Below are positions 29,866 through 38,861 of a stretch of 53,745 nt of DNA, piece after piece. Each line of letters starts with the position of its first letter. Position 1 is the stretch's first letter. Source of the DNA: Chlamydiota bacterium (GTDB lineage: Bacteria > Chlamydiota > Chlamydiia > Chlamydiales > JABHNK01); NCBI GenBank assembly GCA_051744985.1, contig JBNJDP010000004.1, positions 1 through 53,745 on the forward strand, in the 5' to 3' direction. The position numbers and the translations under genes were made by a program. The notes under the pieces were generated by a model. The model had not been told where the DNA came from, made no database searches, and saw nothing but the letters and a program-made list of their open reading frames with translations.

Positions 29866-31497
29866 CTAGGTCTTGCTTTTCTTTTCAGCGATACGCTGTT
29901 CTTGGCTTAACCTGCCAAGGTCATAACCCTCGTAGTCGACGAACTTGAAAAAGCTTTCAAAATGAGGATAGGCAGCAATAACCTCTTGGGCCATCTTTTG
30001 AGCAATATGGCGGTAGTTGATGTGGCCGGCAGAGGCTGAACGCATCTCGCAAAGCCACTGCAATTCGCGCAAGTTAATATGGAAATACCAGCGTATATTA
30101 TAAGCCATAGGAACAATATATTGGGCTTCTTCGGGCAGCTCTTTGGCGATCAAAGTATAAGCTTCACGAGCTTTATCCATAGCTATGCGGTAGTTGGCTT
30201 CCATATCGGTACCTAAAATTTCTTGAGGGATAAAATATCCATAGTTACAACTTAGCAGTTGTCTTTGTTGAGAAGTCATCCTATGGCGCTGGAGGTCACG
30301 ATAAACACCGAAGTCCGCTATAATCTCAAAACAAAATTCAGCCCTTTCTAAAGCCCTTGGAGATTTGTGTCGGCGATTTTCTCGGGGATTGGTAGCAGCG
30401 TCGAAGATCCTATCCAAGTCCTCTTCAGGTAGCTGGGCGCAAACTTCTTCAAGTTCTTCAAGACCTTTATCGCAGTGTTTGTACATAAGAGATGCTGCAA
30501 CTTTAGTAGCTGCTTCATGGTCTGAGGATATCAAGCGCACCCCAGGAGAGGTGTTAGATTTAGGGAAGTCAGTATATTGCTGGGTGACGAGGTTTAGTTC
30601 TTCTTCCATAGCTTCGGTGAACTCAGCAAATGATTGGTGATATTTATGGCTGGGCTCGCTGCGCCGTACAAAAGAAGGTATAACTTTAGCAAGCTCGTTG
30701 TAGATTTCCTTGCCTGCCGATTGTAGTTCAGCTAAATTATGACATTCCATTTTATGGATAAGGTATTCGAAAAAACGCCCGTTGCCATAAAGACCTAAGT
30801 TGGTCATGGTCGATGCTGGCAATAAGCCTCTTAAGCAATCGAGAACTTTTGCTCGTAATGAAGATGTGTAGGCAGCTTGAGATGTTTCACCATCTTTAGG
30901 GAATTTCTTTTTCATCAACTCCGTTAAAGGAGGGATAAGGTTGCTATAAGTGTCAAAGAGCATGTTGCAGGTATCGATATACTGGTTGCGATACGCCGAA
31001 GTCATCAAAATCGGCTCTCGGTAGAACATGTACTCTCCATTGACTTTTTGGTCGAAATAAATATAGCGGGTAGACTTTTCTAGGGGCGAGCCTCCTATCC
31101 TGGAATCTTCGATAGCTTTTGCTGCAATCATAGAAACATTTTCTACAGCAAGGTGGGCGCCGCCCATCTCTCCTACAGAATCATCGCCGAAGCCGTCGAG
31201 GATACGGTCGTAGAAATTTTGTGCTTTTTTAAGTGCCAAATAAGGAACATCTTTACTCTCGCTAGACTGTTCATCGATTTCAGCTAGAGCCTGAAAGCCG
31301 GATTCGTCGCTAGAAAGAAACTCCTTGAGAAGTAGAGCGCGTAAGCCTAAAGTTGAACGAGAATAACGGGAAAATAATGCCCCTTTAATAACTTCGGGAA
31401 GGTTAAATAGTACAAAAACATTGCCGGTAGTGCTGGAAACATAATTGTTAAGAATATTAATCTGCTCTTCTGACAAACCTTCGACATTTTCTTCCAT
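29866..31497 (-). CDS. thyX: Flavin-dependent thymidylate synthase ThyX, long chlamydial-type form
   Basis: 543 aa with the ThyX motif RHRMTS (in LQRHRMTSQQRQ) in the C-terminal half. The length matches the roughly 530-aa ThyX of Chlamydia. Confidence 0.85.
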   Translation of the reverse strand: MEENVEGLSEEQINILNNYVSSTTGNVFVLFNLPEVIKGALFSRYSRSTLGLRALLLKEFLSSDESGFQALAEIDEQSSESKDVPYLALKKAQNFYDRILDGFGDDSVGEMGGAHLAVENVSMIAAKAIEDSRIGGSPLEKSTRYIYFDQKVNGEYMFYREPILMTSAYRNQYIDTCNMLFDTYSNLIPPLTELMKKKFPKDGETSQAAYTSSLRAKVLDCLRGLLPASTMTNLGLYGNGRFFEYLIHKMECHNLAELQSAGKEIYNELAKVIPSFVRRSEPSHKYHQSFAEFTEAMEEELNLVTQQYTDFPKSNTSPGVRLISSDHEAATKVAASLMYKHCDKGLEELEEVCAQLPEEDLDRIFDAATNPRENRRHKSPRALERAEFCFEIIADFGVYRDLQRHRMTSQQRQLLSCNYGYFIPQEILGTDMEANYRIAMDKAREAYTLIAKELPEEAQYIVPMAYNIRWYFHINLRELQWLCEMRSASAGHINYRHIAQKMAQEVIAAYPHFESFFKFVDYEGYDLGRLSQEQRIAEKKSKT

Positions 31498-31685
31498 TGC
31501 TGAAATCCTCGCTAAAACCTAAAACTTTTTGTTGCAAATTCTTTTGGATTATCTGTCCAAATTTTGCGACAATAAAATAATAGGGTGCCACAATTTACTG
31601 AAGCTCGCAAGGGAAAAGTTTATTGGCTCATAACTTTGTGGTTTGATATCATAATCTATAGTTAACTTTTAAAGCTTAGTGACAT

Positions 31686-32531
31686 ATGTTTAATAATAAC
31701 GTAAGAGATTGGAACTCTCGGGGGATAATTCCCGGGCCCGGAGAAAGTCGGCAAGACTATTTCAAACGAGGAGAGGGCCTCTTAAAAAAAAGTTCTGATA
31801 GTCCGAGCCCTATTCCTGAGGAGCACCTGCGTACCCCTTTGAATACCTGTTGGAGGTTATTTGGAGTCACTCCCGACTGGGTAGTTTGTTATTATAGTAA
31901 TCGACAGCTAGCATCTTGGCATGGAGGCGCAACTTTGTATGAAGAGGAGGGGGGGCAAACGATAGATATTGAAATACAGTTGCGCCAAGCTTTTAAGTAT
32001 AAGGATTCTTACCTTGGGATATATTCTCGGGATGAAATTTTAGCTCACGAGCTTGTTCATGCTGGCAGGATGGCTTTTCCTGATTCCTGTTTTGACGAAT
32101 TTCTAGCTTACCGTACCTCTTCCAGCTCTTTACGTAAATTTTTAGGGCCTCTATTTACTAACTCCATAGGAGCAGTAATTTTTTTGTCATTGATAGTATT
32201 AGCGCTACTATTCCAAATGATGGGGTTGATAATAGATGCTCATTGGTTTGAAGAAATTGTCTGGGGGGTGCAGCTTTTGCCTTTGGGGGTAGTAGCTTAT
32301 GCTTTGGGAAAATTACTCTATCGTCATCATCATCTGCATAGATGTAAGAGTAATTTAGAGTGTGCAGGAGTTAGTTATCCTTGGCATGTGATCTATCGTT
32401 TGTCTGATAAAGAGATTTATTTGTTATCTCAGGGTGATTATAGCAAGATAAAATCTCTGGTAGAAAATTATGCTCATAGCTCCTTGCGTTGGCAGATGAT
32501 AGTAGAAACTTATTTCCTTGAGGTTCAATAA
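31686..32531 (+). CDS. Membrane protein with an HExxH zinc-metallopeptidase-like motif
   Basis: 281 aa with ILAHELVHAGRMAF followed by FDEFLAY, then two TM helices (IGAVIFLSLIVLALLFQMMGLII and LLPLGVVAYALGKLLY) and a His/Cys-rich tail (HRHHHLHRC). Confidence 0.5.
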   Translation: MFNNNVRDWNSRGIIPGPGESRQDYFKRGEGLLKKSSDSPSPIPEEHLRTPLNTCWRLFGVTPDWVVCYYSNRQLASWHGGATLYEEEGGQTIDIEIQLRQAFKYKDSYLGIYSRDEILAHELVHAGRMAFPDSCFDEFLAYRTSSSSLRKFLGPLFTNSIGAVIFLSLIVLALLFQMMGLIIDAHWFEEIVWGVQLLPLGVVAYALGKLLYRHHHLHRCKSNLECAGVSYPWHVIYRLSDKEIYLLSQGDYSKIKSLVENYAHSSLRWQMIVETYFLEVQ

Positions 32532-33997
32532 ATTTTTCTTTGGCTGGTGCTGGGGATGTTTAAGGCATAGCGGTATTTGGTGACCGTACGACGGGCGCAG
32601 CTGATACCTTCTTCTTGTAGTTTTTGGGAAATTGCTTGGTCGGAGAGGGGCTTGCTCTTGTCTTCGGTATCGACAATGGTTTGAACCATATCTTTAACGC
32701 TCGAGGCAGCAATAGATAGCCCTTTTGCATTGGTATATTCACAGCTAAAAAAAGATCTCAAAGGTAATAACCCTCTAAAGCAATGAAGGTGTTTGCCAGA
32801 TATGGCTCTGGCGACAGTAGACTCATGAATTTCAAGCTCTTCAGCTATGGCTTTCATCGTTAAGGGGTTGAGCATACCTCTCCAGCTGGAAAAGAATGGC
32901 TGTTGTTTTGTTACTAAAACTTCGGCAATCCTATGGAGTGTATACTGGCGTTGATCAACATTCTTCATTAGCCACCGACCGGCATTGATCTTATCATTGA
33001 TATAGCTTTTGATTTTGTTTGGAACCTTTTTATCCTTGAGCATAGCTAAATACTGAGGTTGTAATCGCATTGTAGGTAGCTGCTCATCGTTGACGGTGAT
33101 GATAAATTCTCCATTATTTTGGTGTATTTCAATGTCAGCAACTAGAGGAGGTGTAGGTCGGGAAGAGTATGCTAGGCCGGGGTGTAAGTCTAAGTGAGCG
33201 ATAACCTTGTCGATAGCCTCGCGGACAGCTGGCGTCGACACTTTGAGTTTTTTTGCGATAGCAGGGAGCTTGTTGTGAAGCATCTCTTGGTAATGGTTTT
33301 TTATGATCTTATAAGCTAATGAACCCTGTTGGTGATGGCAGCATAGCTGGATGAGTAACGATTCCTGAAGGTTTGAAGCCCCTATTCCATAGGGGGTAAA
33401 AGTCTTAATAATAGGTAAGACAGCCTTGAGAGTTTCTTCTGGGATATCGTTTAGTAAAGCTATCTCTATCAGCGGACTATCCAAAAATCCGCGTTTATCG
33501 AGGTTGCCAATGATAATTTTTGAGGCCTCTATTTCTTGAGGAGTGTCGAAAACTTCGTGTGCTTGCTGTAATAAATGCTCTCGAAGAGTAGAGGATGAGG
33601 TAAGAGAGCTTTCCAGAAAAGCTCGTAGTTTCTCATCAGCATGGGGCTGCTGGTTAGTATAACCGCTACTTTCGTTCATATAGTCTAAAAAATTTTCCGA
33701 CAAACTTTGAATAGTTTGATAGTCGTCCTCGTCAAAGTCTACTTCTTTGTCGGGAGAGGGTTCTTTGGAACCAGAAGATTCTAGTGAGTTTTCATCGAAT
33801 TCTTTGTTATCAGCATGTTCGAGAATGGGGTTGTCTTCGATGGCATTTTCTAAAACTGCTGAGAGCTCCGTAATAGGTGCCTGTAAGATATTAAGAGCTT
33901 GCTGCATATGGGGGGAAATCATCAGACGTTGATACTGTTTAATAGCTTGCTGATTTTCTTGGTGGATTTCTAATGAAAAGTCTTTAGTCATGTCCAT
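32525..33997 (-). CDS. rpoN: RNA polymerase sigma-54 factor
   Basis: 490 aa with a Gln-rich region I (QENQQAIKQYQRLMISPHMQQALNILQ), an acidic region II, a C-terminal HTH, and the RpoN box ARRTVTKYR. Confidence 0.95.
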   Translation of the reverse strand: MDMTKDFSLEIHQENQQAIKQYQRLMISPHMQQALNILQAPITELSAVLENAIEDNPILEHADNKEFDENSLESSGSKEPSPDKEVDFDEDDYQTIQSLSENFLDYMNESSGYTNQQPHADEKLRAFLESSLTSSSTLREHLLQQAHEVFDTPQEIEASKIIIGNLDKRGFLDSPLIEIALLNDIPEETLKAVLPIIKTFTPYGIGASNLQESLLIQLCCHHQQGSLAYKIIKNHYQEMLHNKLPAIAKKLKVSTPAVREAIDKVIAHLDLHPGLAYSSRPTPPLVADIEIHQNNGEFIITVNDEQLPTMRLQPQYLAMLKDKKVPNKIKSYINDKINAGRWLMKNVDQRQYTLHRIAEVLVTKQQPFFSSWRGMLNPLTMKAIAEELEIHESTVARAISGKHLHCFRGLLPLRSFFSCEYTNAKGLSIAASSVKDMVQTIVDTEDKSKPLSDQAISQKLQEEGISCARRTVTKYRYALNIPSTSQRKIY

Positions 33998-34019
33998 ATC
34001 CCTAGCCCCATAATTATTA

Positions 34020-34826
34020 TTAGGAGCGCAATTTTAGGCATTGCAAAAGTGTTTCTTGAGATTTTGAGGATAGGGTCGTCAAGGCAGGTTTAATGCCTCT
34101 CTCGGAGATTTCAAAGGCTTTCATATTATTGCATACTAACCCATCGAGCTTAACGCCTATCCCTTGAAGGTTAGTGATATTACCCCAATCGGAGAACATC
34201 TCCAAAGCAAGCTCGCAAGCGGTGATCATAAAAAAAATCTTTCTTCCGGGGTTTTGGTGGACGATTTTGAAGATTTGTTCCCCAATATAATGGGTGGTAG
34301 TGATCACCAGTGGGATGATACGTTCCTGGGGAAGGAAATTAAAAGCTTTGCCGATATAACATTGGCGACAAACTGGGTCGTCGGGGTTTGCATTACAATG
34401 AGTAGAAAAACGTTTAGCAGGGCATTCAAAGGGCTTATGACAATAAGAAAAACCTACGATAAGCAACGAATCATCATCACGGAGCTGATCCTTAAAGTCT
34501 GCCAAGCTTTTAAGGTTGTAGAGAAAGAGATCTCCTTCACGTCGACGAGCTTTTCTTCGTAAGAGAGATAGGATAAAACGCCAGCTATATTTGAAAGGGT
34601 GCTTAAGGAATTGGGCTCTTAATCGTCCCCCGTGATCATATTTTATGAGATGTTTTAGAGCTTTCCAGGGCAGGTTTTTTGCAGTTTTAGTAGTAATACT
34701 TATTGGCTGCTTAGGGCAGGCTGTTGTTTTAAGAGGGGAATGCTGAGAGGCTTTTTGCGCTCCTGCTTCCCACTCTTTTTCGGCTTCGTCCCAATGGTGG
34801 TATCGATAAAGAAATTTTCTATCCAT
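34020..34826 (-). CDS. Cysteine-rich hypothetical protein (possibly DUF116-like)
   Basis: 268 aa with the Cys cluster SYCHKPFECPAKRFSTHCNANPDDPVCRQCYIGK, followed by a region resembling a nucleotide-binding-like fold (IFFMITACELALE). It sits 2 nt downstream of the 249-aa ORF and 22 nt upstream of rpoN. Confidence 0.4.
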   Translation of the reverse strand: MDRKFLYRYHHWDEAEKEWEAGAQKASQHSPLKTTACPKQPISITTKTAKNLPWKALKHLIKYDHGGRLRAQFLKHPFKYSWRFILSLLRRKARRREGDLFLYNLKSLADFKDQLRDDDSLLIVGFSYCHKPFECPAKRFSTHCNANPDDPVCRQCYIGKAFNFLPQERIIPLVITTTHYIGEQIFKIVHQNPGRKIFFMITACELALEMFSDWGNITNLQGIGVKLDGLVCNNMKAFEISERGIKPALTTLSSKSQETLLQCLKLRS

Positions 34827-34828
34827 TG

Positions 34829-35578
34829 TTAGGAATTTAGGTTTTGTAGCGCAATTTCATGGAAGTCTTCCAAGGTCTCTTCAAGATCTTTACGTTGTTT
34901 GGGTTCTAGGTCTGTAGGCCAGTAGCTTTCAAGTTTAGCAAAAGTAGAAGATTCTAAAAATAGTTTGGGAGTATCAGACTTCCCCCAAAAAGGAGGAGCC
35001 TCCATGCTTTTTTCGAATAGCTCCTCTACTGTTTGTTGTTGCTCTTCCTCAAAGTGTTGAAGAAAATCTTCTGTATCCATAGTTTCTAAATTTTGGCATA
35101 AATAAATTATGAGCGCCAGGGACTGTAGGTCATCATCACTATTGTTGAGGAGGTAAGCAGCAGCTAAGATTTTCCACTCTTGGGGGCTCTCTTTTTTCCA
35201 TAAAAACTTTGCTGCCTGAAGTTTAGAAGAGTCGTCTGTGCCACATAAAAGTTCTTCTTGCTCTATAGTCCGTAAAGTCTTGGACGCAAGTGAGGAGTCT
35301 TTAGGATAGGCTAGTAGTATGTAAGCAGCTTGGCGGCGAACAGTGCGGTCTAGGGCGCTATCGCCCATCACTTTCCTGCAGCTTCGACGCAAGCTATTTT
35401 CATGAGGGTTAAAATGGAAAAAGGATGTTATTTTATGCCATAGATGGGTTAGAAAACCCCGCTCTTTGACGATGAAATGCCGTCCCCGCCAGTAAGCTAG
35501 GTGGTTATGGGGTTCAAAAGGTTTTTGAGTGTTGATGGTAACCTCAGGGCCGGCGAAGATATTAATTTTTATGGTCAT
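34829..35578 (-). CDS. Hypothetical protein (helical, acidic C-terminus)
   Basis: 249-aa ORF and the first gene of the apparent hyp-CysRich-rpoN operon. I recognise no motif in it. Confidence 0.55.
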   Translation of the reverse strand: MTIKINIFAGPEVTINTQKPFEPHNHLAYWRGRHFIVKERGFLTHLWHKITSFFHFNPHENSLRRSCRKVMGDSALDRTVRRQAAYILLAYPKDSSLASKTLRTIEQEELLCGTDDSSKLQAAKFLWKKESPQEWKILAAAYLLNNSDDDLQSLALIIYLCQNLETMDTEDFLQHFEEEQQQTVEELFEKSMEAPPFWGKSDTPKLFLESSTFAKLESYWPTDLEPKQRKDLEETLEDFHEIALQNLNS

Positions 35579-35669
35579 AGCACCCTCTTTTGTCGATATT
35601 TTTTAAAGATTGTGGTATTAGAAAGATTTATGTTATCATATATAACAGATCTAAACAATCTAACCTTAG

Positions 35670-36404
35670 ATGAAAATAATACGCAAACATTTTAAAAGTA
35701 TTTCTTCTACCAACAGTTGGCTGAAAAAGGATCTTCGCTCTTGGAATAACGATGAGATGATGGTCATCAGCTCAGATCAACAAATATCAGGGCGAGGGCG
35801 GGGCGAGCGTTACTGGGCTTCACCGGCTGAAGGAAACATTTATCTTAGTTTTGGTTTTAAACTCCCTCTTCCTTGCGATTATGTTGCTAACGTTGCTCAA
35901 GTGCTGGCTATTGCGGCCGTTAAAGCATGTCAAGAACTAGGCTTTAAGGTTAAAATAAAGTGGCCTAACGACCTTATTCTTAACGGTAACAAGCTGGGAG
36001 GGGTTTTGTGCGAAGTCATAACGGAGCGTGATCATTGCAGAGTGGTAGCAGGGATAGGCTTAAACGTCAACATGTCCTCAGAGGTGCTAGCGTCTATCGA
36101 TCAACCTGCAACATCCCTAAAAGCTGAAACAGGACAAGAATATGATCATAATGCTATTAGAACTCTTATAGAAAAATATTTTTTTGAGGCTTTGCAAATT
36201 TTAAAAGAACAGGGTTTTTACCCTTTTTATCTAGTATTAGATAAGCTGCTATACTTGAAAAAAGAAAAGATCGCCATCGATGACGGAAAGCGGCAATTTG
36301 AGGCTGTGTGGGAAAAACTTAATGGCGATGGCAGTATCAGGCTACGTAAGCTTGATGGATCTGTAGTAGATATTGCTGGGGGAGAGATCTCTTATATTAA
36401 CTAA
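35670..36404 (+). CDS. birA: Biotin--[acetyl-CoA-carboxylase] ligase (class I, no HTH domain)
   Basis: 244 aa with the signature GRGRGERYWASP and KWPNDLILNGNKLGGVL. Confidence 0.9.
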   Translation: MKIIRKHFKSISSTNSWLKKDLRSWNNDEMMVISSDQQISGRGRGERYWASPAEGNIYLSFGFKLPLPCDYVANVAQVLAIAAVKACQELGFKVKIKWPNDLILNGNKLGGVLCEVITERDHCRVVAGIGLNVNMSSEVLASIDQPATSLKAETGQEYDHNAIRTLIEKYFFEALQILKEQGFYPFYLVLDKLLYLKKEKIAIDDGKRQFEAVWEKLNGDGSIRLRKLDGSVVDIAGGEISYIN

Positions 36405-36440
36405 TTATATTAACTAAACTTCATTTAAAGGTAATTTTAT

Positions 36441-38573
36441 ATGCGTATTACACCTAATAATAATCTTCATCACTTGTCGCAATCGGCTCCTGTAACACCC
36501 GAAGGGCGTCCATTAGACCCACGTGAGGAGGCTACTATAAGAGCTGCTCAGGAAAACCTAGGGCATCTTCAAGATGCCCTATCTGGAGACCACTCTCCCA
36601 TATCTCCTGCGAGTGCACGTCTTTTAAGTAGTTCTCCACATAATTTTTCGCCTTCATTTAATACGAGCTTGGATAAAATGGTAGAACGAGCAGCGCGGGA
36701 ACCTTATAGACCTAATGTAGAGGGGAGTGCTCAATATGTGTCCGTAGATCCAGAGAGTGCAATAGTAATGAAGCAAGGAGCAGAAGCATATTTTCATACT
36801 ACTATGTGTTATGAGATCGACAAATCGCTAGGCTTCAATGTGGTTCCAGAATCAGCCGTTTCATCCGTTCCAAAATATCAGACGGATATAGTTCTCCAAG
36901 ATGATGGAACTCCTAAGGAATATATTGAAGGGGTAACTGCTCAAGGTACAGCTATCCTTCTTGAGTCTGAAAAAATACCTAATGAAATACTTGAAGTTGT
37001 TGATACCCCCTTAGGTGTTTTTTTAACCGATGGCCTACATGAGTGGCACCTAGAGACAAATACTGAGAATGAGCAAAGTGTTCAAAATAATAACATTCTA
37101 GATACCCTTATTAAAGAAGGAGGCGTTGAGTTTTCGCAGCTTGAAGCAGCTGATGAAGAGCTATTCTTATATCCTACAAGTGTGCATCGCTATCCTATAA
37201 TTCAAGACTCAGAGGGTAAACTATACATTAAAATTGGAGAACAGCAGTATGTTCTCAGGACTTGTAAGGATGGTTCTTGCCAAATAGAAGGTTGGCGAGA
37301 TGGAGCTGCTTATGAGTGGCAAATACTCCAAGAATACGAAGAAGATGTTAGTGATAGTGATAGTGATATAGTTTTTGGATACAGTAGCGATGATGATACA
37401 GGTGAGGTCGTTAGCGATAGTGATAGCGATGATGATACAGGTGAGGTCGTTAGCGATAGTGATAGCGATGATGACGTGGAAACAAATGCTTATGTAGTAT
37501 GTAAAGATTTTATGATCCCTATAGTAGAAGGGAGGCAGATCTCATATGCCGGCAATAGTTATAACGTTTCAAATATGGGCGAGGGTTCTTATGATATAGT
37601 CCGTCAAGGTGAATCTAGTAACCCTGATCTTCCGGAAGAATATGACAATGAAGGGATTGATGAAGTAGTGATTGGTGAAAAGCACTATATTACTCCTCAG
37701 TCATTTTATCATGAGTTCCAGGGTGATGAGAACCATAAATATGTTGAGCTGGAAGGGAATAGATTTTATTTTGAGAATGGCCAGCTTAGCCTTAAAGATA
37801 TGCCTTCTTTGGCGCAACAATACATCCCAGATTTATATCAAGGTAATTTGTCAAAGCTTAGTCAGGAAGAGCTTAAGGAATTTTGTGATAAAATTAACTC
37901 GCAGAGCTTGATAAATACTATTATCATGAGTGCTCTGGTATCCCCCCAAGATGGTAAAGTCTATTACAAACCTTCTCAGAATAATTATGTTTTTCAAGAG
38001 GAAGCTACTCAGCCAGAGGAGTATAAGGTTTGGATGATCGACCTTGATGACACCATGCCCTCCAATAATGAGCAATCTGCTATTATAAAAGATGCCTCTT
38101 CCCTGCGCTGTGGTTTATTGGGGCTGCCTAGTTGTCTTAGAGAACTTGGCGCAGATGACAAAAAATATACTTTACAGCAACTGAGGCATGTTCTCGATCA
38201 GCGTGAGAAGCTTACGAATCTACTAGGAGAATATCGCCCATTTGTAGAAGAGCATTTTCCTAGTGAGAATCCTGAAGATATCTTCGACGAGCAGCATATT
38301 CAAGCTTTTGAAGAAAGACTTAACAACCTTCATCAGTTCTTGGATAGCGAACAAGCTCAAGGGGAGTTTAGCTTATTGGATGTTGTCGGCGCAATTATCC
38401 CTTCATATCGTAGAGAATGGGACGCTTATACAGCCGCCGAAACACCGTTAGATCCTATGCAGATAGCTGATTATATAGGTTGTATGCCTGATGGCCTAGC
38501 TCAAGATCGAGGTTGGGCGGATTTTACGGCGTCTGATTTGGCTACCCTTTTTTCAGAGGGCAAGGCGGAATAG
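36441..38573 (+). CDS. Hypothetical 710-aa protein: disordered N-terminus, acidic SD-repeat insertion, PI3/4-kinase-like motifs (candidate secreted effector)
   Basis: The first ~100 aa are Pro/Ser-rich with no signal peptide. Kinase-like motifs by eye: AIVMK(111)QG, YEIDKSLGFNVVPES (124-138), SPQD(504)GK...QNNYVF, and WMID(534)LDD. An acidic repeat lies at aa 303-346. See findings. Confidence 0.5.
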   Translation: MRITPNNNLHHLSQSAPVTPEGRPLDPREEATIRAAQENLGHLQDALSGDHSPISPASARLLSSSPHNFSPSFNTSLDKMVERAAREPYRPNVEGSAQYVSVDPESAIVMKQGAEAYFHTTMCYEIDKSLGFNVVPESAVSSVPKYQTDIVLQDDGTPKEYIEGVTAQGTAILLESEKIPNEILEVVDTPLGVFLTDGLHEWHLETNTENEQSVQNNNILDTLIKEGGVEFSQLEAADEELFLYPTSVHRYPIIQDSEGKLYIKIGEQQYVLRTCKDGSCQIEGWRDGAAYEWQILQEYEEDVSDSDSDIVFGYSSDDDTGEVVSDSDSDDDTGEVVSDSDSDDDVETNAYVVCKDFMIPIVEGRQISYAGNSYNVSNMGEGSYDIVRQGESSNPDLPEEYDNEGIDEVVIGEKHYITPQSFYHEFQGDENHKYVELEGNRFYFENGQLSLKDMPSLAQQYIPDLYQGNLSKLSQEELKEFCDKINSQSLINTIIMSALVSPQDGKVYYKPSQNNYVFQEEATQPEEYKVWMIDLDDTMPSNNEQSAIIKDASSLRCGLLGLPSCLRELGADDKKYTLQQLRHVLDQREKLTNLLGEYRPFVEEHFPSENPEDIFDEQHIQAFEERLNNLHQFLDSEQAQGEFSLLDVVGAIIPSYRREWDAYTAAETPLDPMQIADYIGCMPDGLAQDRGWADFTASDLATLFSEGKAE
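37386..37474 (+). repeat. 39-bp perfect tandem repeat (2 full units plus 11 nt) encoding SDSDSDDDTGEVV
   Basis: AGCGATGATGATACAGGTGAGGTCGTTAGCGATAGTGAT at 37386-37424 repeats exactly at 37425-37463, and a third unit starts at 37464. A related GTTAGTGATAGTGATAGTGAT lies just upstream. Confidence 0.9.
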
Positions 38574-38861
38574 CCAGCCTGCACTTTCTGGAGAATGATT
38601 GAGCAGCTCAGGGGTTTCCTTGAGCTGCTCATTAACTTCTAATACCGTGCCCGCTATGGGAGAATATATCTCGGTAGCAGCTTTGGTGGATTCCAATAAG
38701 ACAGCCTGCTCACCGTAGTCCAGCTTTTGCCCAACAGTAGGCAAGTCAACAAAAACTATGGCGCCAAACTCCTCGCTGGCATGGGCGGTGATGCCTATTA
38801 TTCCTCGATCACCGTCGATTTCCATCCAAGTATGAGACTCTTCATAGCGTTGCTTACTCAT
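38553..38861 (-). CDS. gcvH: Glycine-cleavage-system H protein / lipoyl carrier
   Basis: Lipoyl-lysine motif LLESTKAATEIYSPIAG and a C-terminal GWLFRL. The start is taken at MSKQRYEESHTWM (ATG 38861), which overlaps the upstream gene's stop (ATGAGTAA). No gcvP or gcvT is in the window. Confidence 0.9.
   Translation of the reverse strand: MSKQRYEESHTWMEIDGDRGIIGITAHASEEFGAIVFVDLPTVGQKLDYGEQAVLLESTKAATEIYSPIAGTVLEVNEQLKETPELLNHSPESAGWLFRLAL

Noticed and set aside
31949-31955. Other G7/C7 homopolymers (for example 31949-31955, and those near 29846, 43726 and 49094) as phase-variation sites
   Set aside because: They are shorter than the G9 tract and lie inside reading frames that are intact as they stand. 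There is no specific reason to single them out without population data.
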